A stretch of 64,000 nt of DNA from Planctomycetota bacterium (GTDB lineage Bacteria; Planctomycetota; UBA8108; SXIK01). The notes below the pieces were generated by a model. The model had not been told where the DNA came from. It saw nothing but the letters and a program-made list of their open reading frames with translations, and did no database searches. The stretch's first letter is position 1. Every line of letters begins with the position of its first letter. Of this stretch, positions 9,878 through 20,364 are shown piece by piece. The DNA is taken from assembly GCA_965223845.1 (NCBI GenBank), contig CBDCXR010000004.1:6624001-6688000 (forward strand), given 5' to 3'. A program made the position numbers and the translations under genes.

Positions 9878-10015
9878 CGTGCGCGAGTCTTGAAGTCTTC
9901 GAGGCTCCTTTGTTGCGGAGAGAATCGTCGCCGAACGACGCGAACCCCGGCGAATCGCGGTCGCGCGGTTCGCCGGAGCTCTCGTCTTGACCTCGACGTG
10001 CCCGAGGCACTCCCC

Positions 10016-10318
10016 CTAGCCGCCCTTCCGCTCCTCGTACGCGGCAATCAGACGCTCCTGTAACGACGGATCGTCCGTATCGACCTCGAAGACGAGCGTC
10101 TCGCCGTTCGGACCTTCACCGATCATGGTGTAGGTGTACGGCATGTGCTGCGTCTCCTTGAAACCGTTCAAGCTCTCCTCGCTGCCGAAGACGTAGATCC
10201 GCCCTTCGTGCGCGTGCTCGAAGTAGTCGCCGTCGCCACCGCCGTGCTCTGAGAAGAGATGGCATCCGGAGAAGAGGCCGAGGGTGAGCGACAGACAAGC
10301 GAGTCTCATCCAAAACAT
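10016..10318 (-). CDS. Small lipoprotein (100 aa)
   Basis: GGAGG RBS before ATG 10318; lipobox FSGC; motifs HEGRIYVFGS and IGEGPNGETLVFE. Confidence 0.8.
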   Translation of the reverse strand: MFWMRLACLSLTLGLFSGCHLFSEHGGGDGDYFEHAHEGRIYVFGSEESLNGFKETQHMPYTYTMIGEGPNGETLVFEVDTDDPSLQERLIAAYEERKGG

Positions 10319-10599
10319 TGCGATCCATACCTCCCACGCGTCCGACACCGACCCGCAGTCGAGAGGTCGGACTCGGGCTTCGAAGCTAAACCGCCGGAAT
10401 GCGCGGCCCGCGAAGAACGGACGGCAGAACATGCCGGCACGAAACGACTCGCCGGTAGCGATACGAGGGCGATCCACCGGATTCCCCGATCGCGGGGAGC
10501 ACGGAGCTCACCTCGTCGCTGACTGGCGTGGGGGGCGGGGGCTCGGAACCGCGTTAGCTCGGCGCTCCCGGGCCTTCGCGATGAACCTAACGGGTTTTC

Positions 10600-10626
10600 G
10601 TGAAGTGGGGGTGAACTCGGCGTGAA
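10600..10626 (-). promoter_or_regulatory. Pho-box-like array facing the lipoprotein and regulator genes
   Basis: Three perfect GTGAA (TTCAC on the - strand) at 10600, 10611 and 10622, exactly 11 bp apart. Confidence 0.7.
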
Positions 10627-10698
10627 AACGCGAGGCGGTGGAGAGGATCACGGGCGCCGCATCCCTCCGCCGGCCGGCGCGACCGGATCGCGAACAGC

Positions 10699-10736
10699 TT
10701 CACACCGAATTTACCGAGCGTCTACTCGTCGATCAC
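10699..10736 (+). promoter_or_regulatory. Pho-box-like array upstream of pstS
   Basis: TTCAC (10699), TTTAC (10710), TCTAC (10721) and ATCAC (10732) in 11-bp register. Confidence 0.72.
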
Positions 10737-10990
10737 ATTGCGCGGCTAACCTCCGAGGCGTCGACTCGATTCGATCGATGGTCTTTTGCCCGATTGCTTC
10801 GGGCGGCCGAGGCTCTCGAGAGTCCGGAAGCGGAGGAGAGTTTCCCCACCGGGGGGCGGAGGAAGCTCGAACCCGCGAGACGAGATCGTTTCGAGACGCA
10901 GACCGTTCGATTCTCGATGTTGTTCGACGCGCCCATTAGCGGCGATTTGCGACCAAGGAAACCCCATAGGGAACAAGGAGTTCGATTCGC

Positions 10991-11977
10991 ATGAAATCGA
11001 TCACGACGTACGCAGTCATTCTCGGTGTCGCGCTGTTCTCCGGCAGCGCGTTCGCGCAGGCCGTGAAGGTCGACCCGAAGCTTCCGAAGTACAAGCCGGT
11101 GAGCGGAATCTCCGGAAACCTGAGCTCGGTCGGCTCCGACACGCTCAACAATCTGATGACGCTCTGGGCGGAGAGCTACCGGAAGCAGTATCCGAGTGTA
11201 CGGATTCAGATCGAGGGCAAGGGATCGTCGACCGCGCCGCCCGCGCTGATTTCCGGAACCGCTCAGTTCGGCCCGATGAGCCGGAAGATGAAGGACACGG
11301 AGATCGACGCGTTCGAGAAGAAGTACGGCTACAAGCCGACGATGATCCCGGTCGCAATCGACGCGCTCGCGGTCTACGTGAACAAGGACAACCCGATCAA
11401 GGGTCTCTCCCTGCCGCAGGTCGACGCGATCTTCTCGAAGACGCGGAACGGCTCCTACCCGAAAGACGTCATCACGTGGGGTGACGCCGGGCTCCCCTCG
11501 AGCTGGGCGGCGAAGCCGATCAGCCTCTACGGCCGGAACTCGGCCTCGGGAACGTACGGCTACTTCAAGAAGGTCGCGCTCTTCAAGGGCGACTATCGCG
11601 AGACCGTGAAGGAGCAGCCGGGCTCGGCTTCGGTCGTTCAGGGTGTCACCGAGGATCTCTACGGCATCGGCTACAGCGGCATCGGCTACAAGACGTCCGG
11701 CGTCCGCACCGTCCCCCTCGCGAAAGAAGAAGGCGGTAAGTTCATCGAAGCGAACGCTCAGGGCGTCCTCTCCGGTAAGTATCCGCTTTCGCGTTTCCTC
11801 TACGTCTACGTGAACAAGGCCCCCAACAAGCCGCTCGATCCGCTCGTCGGTGAGTTCATCCGCTTCGTTCACAGCCGCGAAGGTCAGACGATCGTTGTGA
11901 AGGACGGCTATCTCCCGCTCTCCGCTCCGATCATTGCGAAGACCCACAAGGCGCTCAAGGGCCGCTCGATCGACTAG
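10991..11977 (+). CDS. pstS: Phosphate ABC transporter substrate-binding protein
   Basis: AAGGAG RBS; signal peptide; [30 protein letters not shown] and [10 protein letters not shown] motifs. Confidence 0.97.
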   Translation: MKSITTYAVILGVALFSGSAFAQAVKVDPKLPKYKPVSGISGNLSSVGSDTLNNLMTLWAESYRKQYPSVRIQIEGKGSSTAPPALISGTAQFGPMSRKMKDTEIDAFEKKYGYKPTMIPVAIDALAVYVNKDNPIKGLSLPQVDAIFSKTRNGSYPKDVITWGDAGLPSSWAAKPISLYGRNSASGTYGYFKKVALFKGDYRETVKEQPGSASVVQGVTEDLYGIGYSGIGYKTSGVRTVPLAKEEGGKFIEANAQGVLSGKYPLSRFLYVYVNKAPNKPLDPLVGEFIRFVHSREGQTIVVKDGYLPLSAPIIAKTHKALKGRSID

Positions 11978-11996
11978 CCGATCGGTTGCCCACCAT

Positions 11997-12035
11997 CGAG
12001 CTCGAGCGTCCCCGTTCGGGGGCCGCCCGAGCTCG
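11997..12035 (+). terminator. GC-rich hairpin after pstS (partial terminator or mRNA stabiliser)
   Basis: CGAGCTCG-AGCG-TCCCC-GTTC-GGGGG-CCGC-C-CGAGCTCG imperfect inverted repeat; no U-tract. Confidence 0.4.
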
Positions 12036-12203
12036 CACCCACTCGGGGGGTGGATCCCCGCGCCGCGGAGGTCGATCTGCGGGCGGAGATTCACCCCCGA
12101 TCCGTCTCCCGAAGGAAAGCCGGCGCGCGGCGAAGCACGTGAGCGCTCACTTCGGGAAGAGCCATCACACGACGCCCGACGCGCTGCGGGAAGCGAATTG
12201 ACC

Positions 12204-14495
12204 GTGAGTTCGACTAACGAGAACGAAGACCAGCCAGCGATCCGGAACGACACGCTCGTCATCGGTACGATCCCGACGGCGAGGCGGATCTTCGATCGCA
12301 TCGCGACGAGCGGCGTGACGGGTGGCGGAGTCGCGATCATCCTCGCGATCTTCGGTATCCTCGCGTTCCTTCTCGCCGAGGTTCTGCCGCTTTGGTCGAA
12401 AGCCGAAATCGACGTAGGCACGCGATTGCGCTGGGCGGGCGAGCCGCCGGCCGCGCTCCTATGCGACGAGTACCGCACCCTGTTGGCGACTCTCTCCGCC
12501 GATGGCGCCCTGCGCCTAGTTCGATTCAGCAGCGGCGAAGTCGAGGCCGAAGCCAACCTCTTTCCGCCGTCCGAGGACGCCGACGAAGCCGCGCGTCGTC
12601 TCGTCCATGTTTCCCGTCTCGGGAGAAGCTCACTTCTCGCGGGATCCACCGAGGACGGGCACGTCCTCATCCGCGGCGTCGACTGGGAGATCGAATTCGA
12701 CGACGAGGGGCGGCGCTCGATCAATGGAAGCTTCGGAGTCGTCATCGATTTCGAGTTCGATCCGGACGGGAAACCCGTCCGCACCTATTCCGTCGCCCCC
12801 GGCGAAGGAGAGGGCGCCGCGATCGAGCTCAGCGGGGCGGCGCAGCTGGCGGACGGTCGGATCGTCCTCGTGCGTCGAACGGCCGAGGAGAATCTGTTCA
12901 CCGAGGAAGTCGAGGAGACCATCGAGCGAGTCGAAGGTCCGACCGCTCCGCCCCTTCGGTTCTTGGCCACCGGTGCGGACGGCTCTCGTTACTTCGCCGT
13001 CGGCGAGGACGACGCTCTCTACTGGTGGATTGCGGACGGCCGCACGCTCGGGGAGACACAGCGCGTCGCGCGCCCGGCCGACGCGCCGTCGATCACTGCT
13101 GCACATCTTCTCCACGGAGGTCGTTCCCTGGCCGTCGGGACGGAAACCGGATCGATCGAGATTTGGTCGACGGCTCGCGGCGAGGGTTCGGCCCTCCGTT
13201 TCGTCGAGATGCATAGCTTTCCGGCGACCGGTTCGGCCGCTCGGACGATCGCCGTGTCACCGCGGAACCGAACGTTCGCGGTCGTCGATGCGGACAGTGA
13301 GCTCCACCTCCACCACTCGACGGCGGAGCGGGGCGTCTGGACGGGCGCGGCGCCGGTTTCGCCGGTCACCGCTCTGAGCTTCGCCCCGAAGTCCGACGGG
13401 ATCTGCGTCGCGTCACCGGGCGAGCTCGTCCTACTCGACATCGACAATCCGCATCCGGAGACCAGCGCGTCGGCACTCTTCGGCGAGGTCTGGTACGAGA
13501 ACTATCCGGAGCCGGATCACGTCTGGCAGTCGACGGGAGGCGTGGACACGTTCGAGCCGAAGCTCAGCCTCACGCCGCTCCTCTTCGGCACGCTCAAGGG
13601 AACGATCTACTCGCTTCTCCTCGCGATTCCGCTCGGCGTGCTCGGCGCTCTCTACACTTCGCAGTTCATCGGCCGACGTCTCCAACGCGTCGTCAAGCCG
13701 ACCGTCGAGATCATGGCTGCGCTGCCGACGGTGATTCTGGGATTTCTCGCCGGACTGTGGCTCGCGCCGCGCATGGAACAGTACTTCCCCGTGCTGCTCG
13801 TCCTCGTCGTTCTCCTCCCGACGCTTACTCTTCTCGCTGGGCGCTACTGGGAGAAGATCGTCCATCGCTACCGCTTGTTCTCGCTTCCCGACGGGTTTGA
13901 CGTCCTCGTCTTCGCGGTCGTGATCACCGCTGCCGTCGGTCTCAGCCTCCTCCTCGGCCCCGTCCTCGAGGGGCTCGTGTTCCGCGGTGACTTTCGCACC
14001 TGGCTCTTCGAGGTCACGGGCCTCCGCTACGATCAGCGAAACGCGATCGTCGTCGGGCTCGCAATGGGCTTTGCGGTGATCCCGATCGTCTTCACGATCT
14101 CCGAGGAGGCGTTTTCGAGCGTCCCGCGCAATCTCATCTCGGGATCGCTCGCGCTCGGGGCGAGCCGCTGGCAGACCGTCGCTCGCGTCGTTCTTCCCGC
14201 CGCGAGTCCGGGGGTATTCGCCGCGATCATGGTCGGATTCGGTCGCGCCGTCGGCGAGACGATGATCGTCCTCATGGCGACCGGAAACACGCCCACGATG
14301 GACTGGAGCCCGTTCAACGGCTTCCGCACGCTGTCGGCGAACATCGCGGTCGAGATTCCGGAGGCGCCGCACGGCGGAACGCTCTACCGGACGCTCTTTC
14401 TCTCGGCCCTTCTTCTCTTCGGCGTGACGTTCGCCGTGAACACGATCGCCGAGGTCGTCCGTGTTCGCCTCCGCAAGCGGTTCTCGCAGTTCTAG
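12204..14495 (+). CDS. pstC: Phosphate ABC transporter permease PstC, long form with WD40-like periplasmic propeller
   Basis: PLLFGTLKG, VEIMAALPTVILGF, GRAVGETMIVLMATGN and RTLSANIAVEIPEA motifs; start uncertain (TTG 12198 or GTG 12204). Confidence 0.92.
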   Translation: MSSTNENEDQPAIRNDTLVIGTIPTARRIFDRIATSGVTGGGVAIILAIFGILAFLLAEVLPLWSKAEIDVGTRLRWAGEPPAALLCDEYRTLLATLSADGALRLVRFSSGEVEAEANLFPPSEDADEAARRLVHVSRLGRSSLLAGSTEDGHVLIRGVDWEIEFDDEGRRSINGSFGVVIDFEFDPDGKPVRTYSVAPGEGEGAAIELSGAAQLADGRIVLVRRTAEENLFTEEVEETIERVEGPTAPPLRFLATGADGSRYFAVGEDDALYWWIADGRTLGETQRVARPADAPSITAAHLLHGGRSLAVGTETGSIEIWSTARGEGSALRFVEMHSFPATGSAARTIAVSPRNRTFAVVDADSELHLHHSTAERGVWTGAAPVSPVTALSFAPKSDGICVASPGELVLLDIDNPHPETSASALFGEVWYENYPEPDHVWQSTGGVDTFEPKLSLTPLLFGTLKGTIYSLLLAIPLGVLGALYTSQFIGRRLQRVVKPTVEIMAALPTVILGFLAGLWLAPRMEQYFPVLLVLVVLLPTLTLLAGRYWEKIVHRYRLFSLPDGFDVLVFAVVITAAVGLSLLLGPVLEGLVFRGDFRTWLFEVTGLRYDQRNAIVVGLAMGFAVIPIVFTISEEAFSSVPRNLISGSLALGASRWQTVARVVLPAASPGVFAAIMVGFGRAVGETMIVLMATGNTPTMDWSPFNGFRTLSANIAVEIPEAPHGGTLYRTLFLSALLLFGVTFAVNTIAEVVRVRLRKRFSQF

Positions 14496-14537
14496 ATTCC
14501 CGCACGAAGTGTCCGTTTTTACTTTGGAGCCTCAAGT

Positions 14538-16232
14538 TTGGATCTCTCCCACGGAGTGACGAGCGCGAAGAAGCGCGATCCCTACGGCCGCTACATGGTG
14601 TGGCTGTGCAGCGCCGCGCTCGCGTTCAATCTGCTCATGGTCGGCGGGATGATCGCGCTGCTCGTCTATCACGGCTTCGGCGCGTTTTGGCCGGCACGAG
14701 TCCACGAGCTCGCTCTCAAGGACGGAACGCGCGTGCTCGGCGAGATTCACGAGCGCGAGGAGCGGCACGTCTTCGCCGAAGAAGTCGAGGACGCTCCCGA
14801 CGACGCGACGGCCGCGCCCGAATCGGACTCAGGCGAATATCGTCTCCGGCTCAAGGTCGGGAACAAGGATCTAACGGACAAGGACTTCGTGTGGGTCGAC
14901 GAGAGCGAGATCGAGACCCGCAGCGTTCCCCCGGACGCCGCCGTTCTCGAGCGGGTCGAGTGGGGGAACTTCTACGGCTACCCCGTGGAGCTTCGACGCG
15001 GCGAAGAGGTGCTCGCGACCGCGGGAGAGGGTTTCTGGGATGAGTTCGAACAGGTTTACGGAAACACACGAGATCTCCTCGGCCAGGTCGAAGCCCTCGA
15101 GAAGGGCGAGATCGACGACCTGAACTACGCGATCTCAGCGCTCCGGCTCGAACGAAGGGGAATCGAGAAGCGGAAGCTCCCCGCCGAGGACGAGCAACGG
15201 GAGCTCGCTAGGATCGACTCCGAGCTCGACGAGCTTCAGAAGCGTTACGGCGAGAAGGCGACCGAGCTCTTCGCGCTTCGCGATCAAGCGGACATCGAAA
15301 CTCTCGTCATGCGCGACGCGAACGGAACCGAAAAGGAAATCCTCCTGAGCGCGGTCGTCGACGTGACTCTCCCGAACGCACTCGAGACTTCGGAGTCGTG
15401 GGGGGTCTTCTTTCATCGCATGAAGGGATTCCTGCTCGACAACCCGCGCGAAGCGAACACCGAGGGCGGCATCTTCCCGGCGATCTTCGGGACGGTGATG
15501 ATGGTCTTCCTCATGACGCTCTTCGTCGTTCCTCTCGGCGTCCTCGCGGCACTCTACCTTCGCGAGTACGCGAAGGACGGCGTCGTCGTCCGTCTCGTGC
15601 GCATCGCCGTCAACAACCTCGCCGGAGTGCCCTCGATCGTCTTCGGAGTGTTCGGACTCGGATTCTTCGTCTATCTCTGCGGCAATTCGATCGACGCGCT
15701 CTTCTATTCCGATGCGCTGCCGACTCCGACTTTCGGAACCGGCGGCATCCTTTGGGCGAGTCTGACTCTAGCCCTACTCACGCTCCCCGTCGTGATCGTT
15801 GCGACCGAAGAAGGCCTCGCGGCGGTGCCGAGTGCCCTCCGGGCCGGCTCCCTAGCACTCGGTGCGACCAAGTGGGAGACCATTCGCCGAGTCGTTCTCC
15901 CGAGCGCTTTCCCCGGCGTTCTCACCGGAACGATCCTCGCCATGGCGCGTGCGGCCGGCGAAGTCGCGCCGCTCATGATCGTCGGGATGGTGAAGCTCGC
16001 CGACACTCTTCCCGTCGACCATCACTTCCCGTATGTGCACGTCGACCGGAAATTCATGCACCTCGGGTTCCACATCTACGACGTCGGCTTCCAGAGTCCG
16101 AACGTCGAAGCGGGGAAGCCGCTCGTCTTTGCGACGTCGCTCCTTCTCGTGGTTCTCGTCGTTCTCATGAATCTGGTCGCGATCGCCGTCCGTAACCACC
16201 TCCGGAGCAAGTACACCTCGAGTTCCGTTTAA
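14538..16232 (+). CDS. pstA: Phosphate ABC transporter permease PstA, long form with periplasmic coiled coil
   Basis: [29 protein letters not shown] and [11 protein letters not shown] motifs. Confidence 0.95.
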   Translation: MDLSHGVTSAKKRDPYGRYMVWLCSAALAFNLLMVGGMIALLVYHGFGAFWPARVHELALKDGTRVLGEIHEREERHVFAEEVEDAPDDATAAPESDSGEYRLRLKVGNKDLTDKDFVWVDESEIETRSVPPDAAVLERVEWGNFYGYPVELRRGEEVLATAGEGFWDEFEQVYGNTRDLLGQVEALEKGEIDDLNYAISALRLERRGIEKRKLPAEDEQRELARIDSELDELQKRYGEKATELFALRDQADIETLVMRDANGTEKEILLSAVVDVTLPNALETSESWGVFFHRMKGFLLDNPREANTEGGIFPAIFGTVMMVFLMTLFVVPLGVLAALYLREYAKDGVVVRLVRIAVNNLAGVPSIVFGVFGLGFFVYLCGNSIDALFYSDALPTPTFGTGGILWASLTLALLTLPVVIVATEEGLAAVPSALRAGSLALGATKWETIRRVVLPSAFPGVLTGTILAMARAAGEVAPLMIVGMVKLADTLPVDHHFPYVHVDRKFMHLGFHIYDVGFQSPNVEAGKPLVFATSLLLVVLVVLMNLVAIAVRNHLRSKYTSSSV

Positions 16233-16240
16233 TCGTCGAG

Positions 16241-17131
16241 ATGTCTCCCATGTACGACATGTCAAAAGCGAGCGAGGCGGGCGCTGCGCCGCCGATTCCG
16301 AACGACCTCACCGATGCCGGCCCGGTCACCGAAGTGTCCGAGAGCGGCAGCGACCCCGCCGAGAACTTCGACAACGCAACACCCGCGCTCGTCGTGAAGT
16401 CGCTGTCGCTCTGGTACGAGCGGGCGCAGGCCCTCTTCGACGTGTCGCTCGAGATCCCCGAACGCCGCATCACGGCGTTCATCGGTCCTTCGGGCTGCGG
16501 CAAGTCCACGCTTCTGCGGTGCTTCAATCGTCTGAACGATCTCATCCCGGGGGTTCGCATCGAAGGGGACATCGAGCTCTACGGCGCGAGCCTGCTCGAT
16601 CCGTCCGTCGATGTGACGGCGCTCCGCCAGCACATCGGCATGCTCTTTCAAAAATCGAACCCGTTCCCGATGTCGATCTACGAAAACGTCGCCTACGGGT
16701 GCCGCATCCTCGGGATGAAGGACCGGCGAGAGTTCGACGAGATCGTCGAGCGGAGCCTCCGCGGTGCGGCCCTCTGGGACGAGGTGAAGGATCGAATGAA
16801 GGAGTCGGCGATGGGACTTTCGGGCGGGCAGCAGCAGCGACTCTGCATCGCGCGGGCGATCGCCGTGGAGCCGGAAGTGATCCTTCTCGACGAGCCGTGC
16901 TCGGCGCTCGATCCGATCGCGACGATGAAGATCGAGGACCTGATGCAGGACCTGAAGAAGAAGTACACGCTGGTCATCGTGACCCACAACATGCAGCAGG
17001 CGTCACGCGTTTCGGACTACACGGCGTTCATGTACCTCGGAAAGCTCGTCGAGGTGGGGCCGACGGAGAAGATGTTCGTGAAACCGGAGAACGAGCAGAC
17101 TCGGGATTACATCTCGGGGCGCTTCGGGTAG
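16241..17131 (+). CDS. pstB: Phosphate ABC transporter ATP-binding protein
   Basis: Walker [35 protein letters not shown], terminal YISGRFG. Confidence 0.97.
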   Translation: MSPMYDMSKASEAGAAPPIPNDLTDAGPVTEVSESGSDPAENFDNATPALVVKSLSLWYERAQALFDVSLEIPERRITAFIGPSGCGKSTLLRCFNRLNDLIPGVRIEGDIELYGASLLDPSVDVTALRQHIGMLFQKSNPFPMSIYENVAYGCRILGMKDRREFDEIVERSLRGAALWDEVKDRMKESAMGLSGGQQQRLCIARAIAVEPEVILLDEPCSALDPIATMKIEDLMQDLKKKYTLVIVTHNMQQASRVSDYTAFMYLGKLVEVGPTEKMFVKPENEQTRDYISGRFG

Positions 17132-17148
17132 GAGGGAGAGAGAACCGG

Positions 17149-17372
17149 TTCACACGAAGTGCGCGAAGGGGACGCGAAGGAAGACGAAGGAGAGAGGGAA
17201 TAGAGGATGTGAGATTGAGTGTGTCGGAGATTCTACGTCTCACTCGACGTTCGTCGTCTCCGTCGATTTGCTGGTTGGGCCGCTGCCCTCTCGTTCGCAT
17301 CGCTCTTCTCTCTCCGCCTTCTACAAATCAACGATTTCCTCTGCTTCCTCTTCCTTCGCGCACTTCGTGTGA
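17149..17372. repeat. Inverted pair of the interspersed repeat (copies 2 and 3) between convergent genes
   Basis: TCACACGAAGTGCGCGAAGG (17150-17169) is the exact reverse complement of CCTTCGCGCACTTCGTGTGA (17353-17372). Confidence 0.78.
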
Positions 17373-17397
17373 GTCTCTTTCCCTTCCGAATCACGCT

Positions 17398-20364
17398 TCA
17401 GCATCCCACTTCCCCACCCGGAGCCGCCCCCTCGCCAAACAGGAAGTTGAGCACCCGCAGCGCGTCCCCCAGCTCGAGGCTTCCCGACCCGTCCGTGTCG
17501 CAAGCCTCGCGACATCCCGGTGCGCCTCCTCCGCCGTAGAGGTGGAAGATGAGGTGCACCGCGTCGGCGATGTTGAGCCGCCCGTTCGCGTCGCAATCGC
17601 CGCGGAGGAAGCGATCCCCCGGGACGCTCGACGCATCGGCGGGATCCGTCCCGGCGTCGATCTCGTCACCGTCAAACGCTCCGTCACCGTCGCGGTCGAG
17701 CCCGAAGCGTGTCCCCATCGTTCGCGGCACGATCGTGAAGGTCATCACCGCATCGTTTCGCTCGATCGCGCTCAGTAGGTCGACGTCGGTCAGGCTCTCC
17801 GTCGCCCGGTCCGCTTGAAATCGTCCTTCCGGCGTGAGGACGAATCCGCGTTCTTCGCTTGCGAATCGACCGCGCGCGACGAGCTCGCCGTCCCCGGCGC
17901 CGGCGCGAAGGCGGAGAAGCTCGTAACGCGTTCGGCGCTCCGCGATCGTGTCGGCCCGGAGGGTGATCTGCTGCCCGACGATCGGCGCGAGACCGGTCGG
18001 GAACTCGAGCATGTAGGCTTCGAGCTCGCGCGCTTTTTGATCTCCGCTCCGTCCGCCGATTCCGTCCGGGAACGTGAAATCGCCGAGCGCATTTCGGAAG
18101 AAGTTGTAGATCGTCGGCATGGCGCCGTCATTCAGGAACCCGAACCCGCGCACTTGATCACCGAGGTGCGGCGTCGGAACGGGAGTGAAGAGGAGGGGTT
18201 CCTCACTCACGACGTCCGGCATCGAGAAGCCGAACATGCCGACCTTCTGGTAGAGCGCGCGGAGGTGGGGGACTTTGAAATCCTGCGGCAGCGCGATGAA
18301 CGCGCCCTTGCCGTCGGCTCCGTCGGCCCCGGGGTGGCACTGTGCGCAGGCCGTACCGTCTCCACCGAGTCCGGTTCGACTGCCCGGACCGTCGAAGATC
18401 TCTTTTCCCGCTACGGCCACGGGGCTGAACGATCCGCCGAGTGGCGCGATCGGGTTGGGGCCGAGACGGATCGGCAGCACGAAGTCGGCGAGTTGCTCCA
18501 TCGTCTCGTCCGGAAGCGGCTCTCGGCGCCCGAGGAGTCGCTCGAAGGTCGGCTTGAACGACAAGAAGCTCTTTCGAGTGTCGAGCGGGTCGTCTTCGCC
18601 GCCATTCTGATCGCCGCGCCAGTGTAGGCTTCCCGCGCCGTCGAGGCCGCGGAAGCTCAGCGTCGTCATCGGCCCCTTGAGCGGATGGAAGGGCGCGAGA
18701 GTCGTCCCCGCCTGCGGGAGGACGGGCGGAACGACATTCGCCTCGATCGCACCCTCGGGATCGCCGAGGTTCCACGCGAGAGCGTCGATATCGCCAAAGA
18801 TGTGACAGCTCGCGCACGAAGAGTCGGCGTGAGCCGACTGCCGCGTATCGTAGAGGACGGCGCGGCCCGTGCGAATCGCCGCCGGCTCGGGGTCGTGTCC
18901 GATCGGGATGGCCGTTACCGCTCGGCGAGCTTCCGTGTCGACAACGGAGATCGTGTGGTCGACGCGATCGAAGACGTAGAGACGCGCGCGTTCGGGGTCG
19001 AGGGCGAGGCCCGAGGGTCCCTTTCCGACGGCGATGCGATCGATGACGGCGCCGCTCGAATCGATCACCGCAACGCGATCCGATCCCATCGCGGCGATAT
19101 ACGCTCGCTCTCCAGACGGATCGAACAGGATCTCGGTCGGGAGGGCGAGGGCCTGGGCGCGAAGCTCGTCCGTGCTTTCGCGAGTGCGGTCGATCTGCGG
19201 GTTGAGGTCGACCGCGCGGATCGTTTCGCTCGCCGTTCGCGGATCGATGATCGAAACTCGGTTGTCGACGATGTGGCCTTCGAGCCGCGTGAGAAAGGGC
19301 GTCGCGTTCCGCGACTCGAGGTTCGTCGCGAAGACCCGACCCGTCGCCGGATCGACCGCGAGACCGAAGATCGTCGTCCCGACCGAACTCACCCGCGCGG
19401 TCTCGCGGGGCGGTGTCGTGGTCGCGTCGATCTCGAAGACGTCGTAGTCGGGGAGATCGAACCGGATGCGCGGCGACCAATCCCGGCCGTCTGCGTCGAG
19501 CCATCTCGAGCCGTCGAAGCGGACGATGATCCCCGTCTCGGGTGGCTGATCCCCGGGAGGACCCTGGTACTCGCGGGGCGGAGGAAGCGATCCCGGCGCC
19601 GAGAAGCCGTCGTCGATGAGCCGGTCGGCATCGAGCGAGCGGGAAGCGGCGACGAAGTGGATGCTCGTCGTCTGATTGCCCGAAAGAAACGCGGCGGCAT
19701 AGACGCGCCGGCCGTCGGGACTCACCGCGAGAGCGCGCGGAGTATCCGCGAATAGACTCAGAATTGTCGGTTCGGTGCTCGGATCCGAGACTTCGAAGAC
19801 CCACACGTCCGCGCGGCCGACGCCGGGTGTCGTGAGCTCCGGATCTCCCGGGCGGTTCTGTCCGCGGTGCGCCGCGGTGATGAACGCGCGCTCACGCGCG
19901 GCGCCCGCGAAAACGATGTCGCGCGGTTCGTCACCGACGAGGAGCGTCTCGCGCACGAACGGACGCTGCGGATCGCGGACGTCGACGATCGAGACGCTGT
20001 CGGAGAGATGATTGACGACCCAGAGCTCGCCGTCGCGCGCCGCAATCGCGACCGGCTCGAGCCCGACGGCGACGGACGCGATGCGGGTGAAGTCGGACGC
20101 GTTCTCGCGCGCGCCGGAGAGCCGGAAGATCTCGACGTGGTGGTCGGAGATGTTCGCGGCAAAGAGGAGATCGCCTCCCGGAGAGAGAGCGATCGGGCGC
20201 ACGGGGCCCGACTCGAAGTGCACGAATCCAGCGTCGTCGCTTGCGCCGTCTGCGATCGCGAACGACGCCAGCACGCTCGCGATCGCGACGATCCCGAGCG
20301 AGCCTTTGATCCGGATCGGCGCGTCTTGCCGCTGGTGAATTCTTGTTGTTCTCGCGCTACTCAT
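17398..20364 (-). CDS. Secreted YVTN/YncE-like beta-propeller + di-heme cytochrome c (peroxidase/MauG-like) + dockerin-like domain
   Basis: Propeller repeats (VGLEPVAIA, VGDEPRDI, VGKGPSGLALD); CASCH (18802-18816) and CAQCH (18334-18348); KVPHLRALY; C-terminal FLRGDCDANG...; ATGA overlap with the upstream gene. Confidence 0.82.
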   Translation of the reverse strand: MSSARTTRIHQRQDAPIRIKGSLGIVAIASVLASFAIADGASDDAGFVHFESGPVRPIALSPGGDLLFAANISDHHVEIFRLSGARENASDFTRIASVAVGLEPVAIAARDGELWVVNHLSDSVSIVDVRDPQRPFVRETLLVGDEPRDIVFAGAARERAFITAAHRGQNRPGDPELTTPGVGRADVWVFEVSDPSTEPTILSLFADTPRALAVSPDGRRVYAAAFLSGNQTTSIHFVAASRSLDADRLIDDGFSAPGSLPPPREYQGPPGDQPPETGIIVRFDGSRWLDADGRDWSPRIRFDLPDYDVFEIDATTTPPRETARVSSVGTTIFGLAVDPATGRVFATNLESRNATPFLTRLEGHIVDNRVSIIDPRTASETIRAVDLNPQIDRTRESTDELRAQALALPTEILFDPSGERAYIAAMGSDRVAVIDSSGAVIDRIAVGKGPSGLALDPERARLYVFDRVDHTISVVDTEARRAVTAIPIGHDPEPAAIRTGRAVLYDTRQSAHADSSCASCHIFGDIDALAWNLGDPEGAIEANVVPPVLPQAGTTLAPFHPLKGPMTTLSFRGLDGAGSLHWRGDQNGGEDDPLDTRKSFLSFKPTFERLLGRREPLPDETMEQLADFVLPIRLGPNPIAPLGGSFSPVAVAGKEIFDGPGSRTGLGGDGTACAQCHPGADGADGKGAFIALPQDFKVPHLRALYQKVGMFGFSMPDVVSEEPLLFTPVPTPHLGDQVRGFGFLNDGAMPTIYNFFRNALGDFTFPDGIGGRSGDQKARELEAYMLEFPTGLAPIVGQQITLRADTIAERRTRYELLRLRAGAGDGELVARGRFASEERGFVLTPEGRFQADRATESLTDVDLLSAIERNDAVMTFTIVPRTMGTRFGLDRDGDGAFDGDEIDAGTDPADASSVPGDRFLRGDCDANGRLNIADAVHLIFHLYGGGGAPGCREACDTDGSGSLELGDALRVLNFLFGEGAAPGGEVGC

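Noticed and set aside
10733-12784. 683-aa reverse-strand ORF over pstS, and many other long overlapping ORFs (e.g. 2524-3843, 5058-6458, 18203-19804, 29528-31102)
   Set aside because: Antisense or off-frame shadows of well-supported genes in high-GC DNA; Arg/Ser-rich with no motifs.
17131-17398. CRISPR array or IS element at the inverted repeat
   Set aside because: Only two inverted copies, no regular spacers, no cas or transposase gene, no clear target-site duplication.
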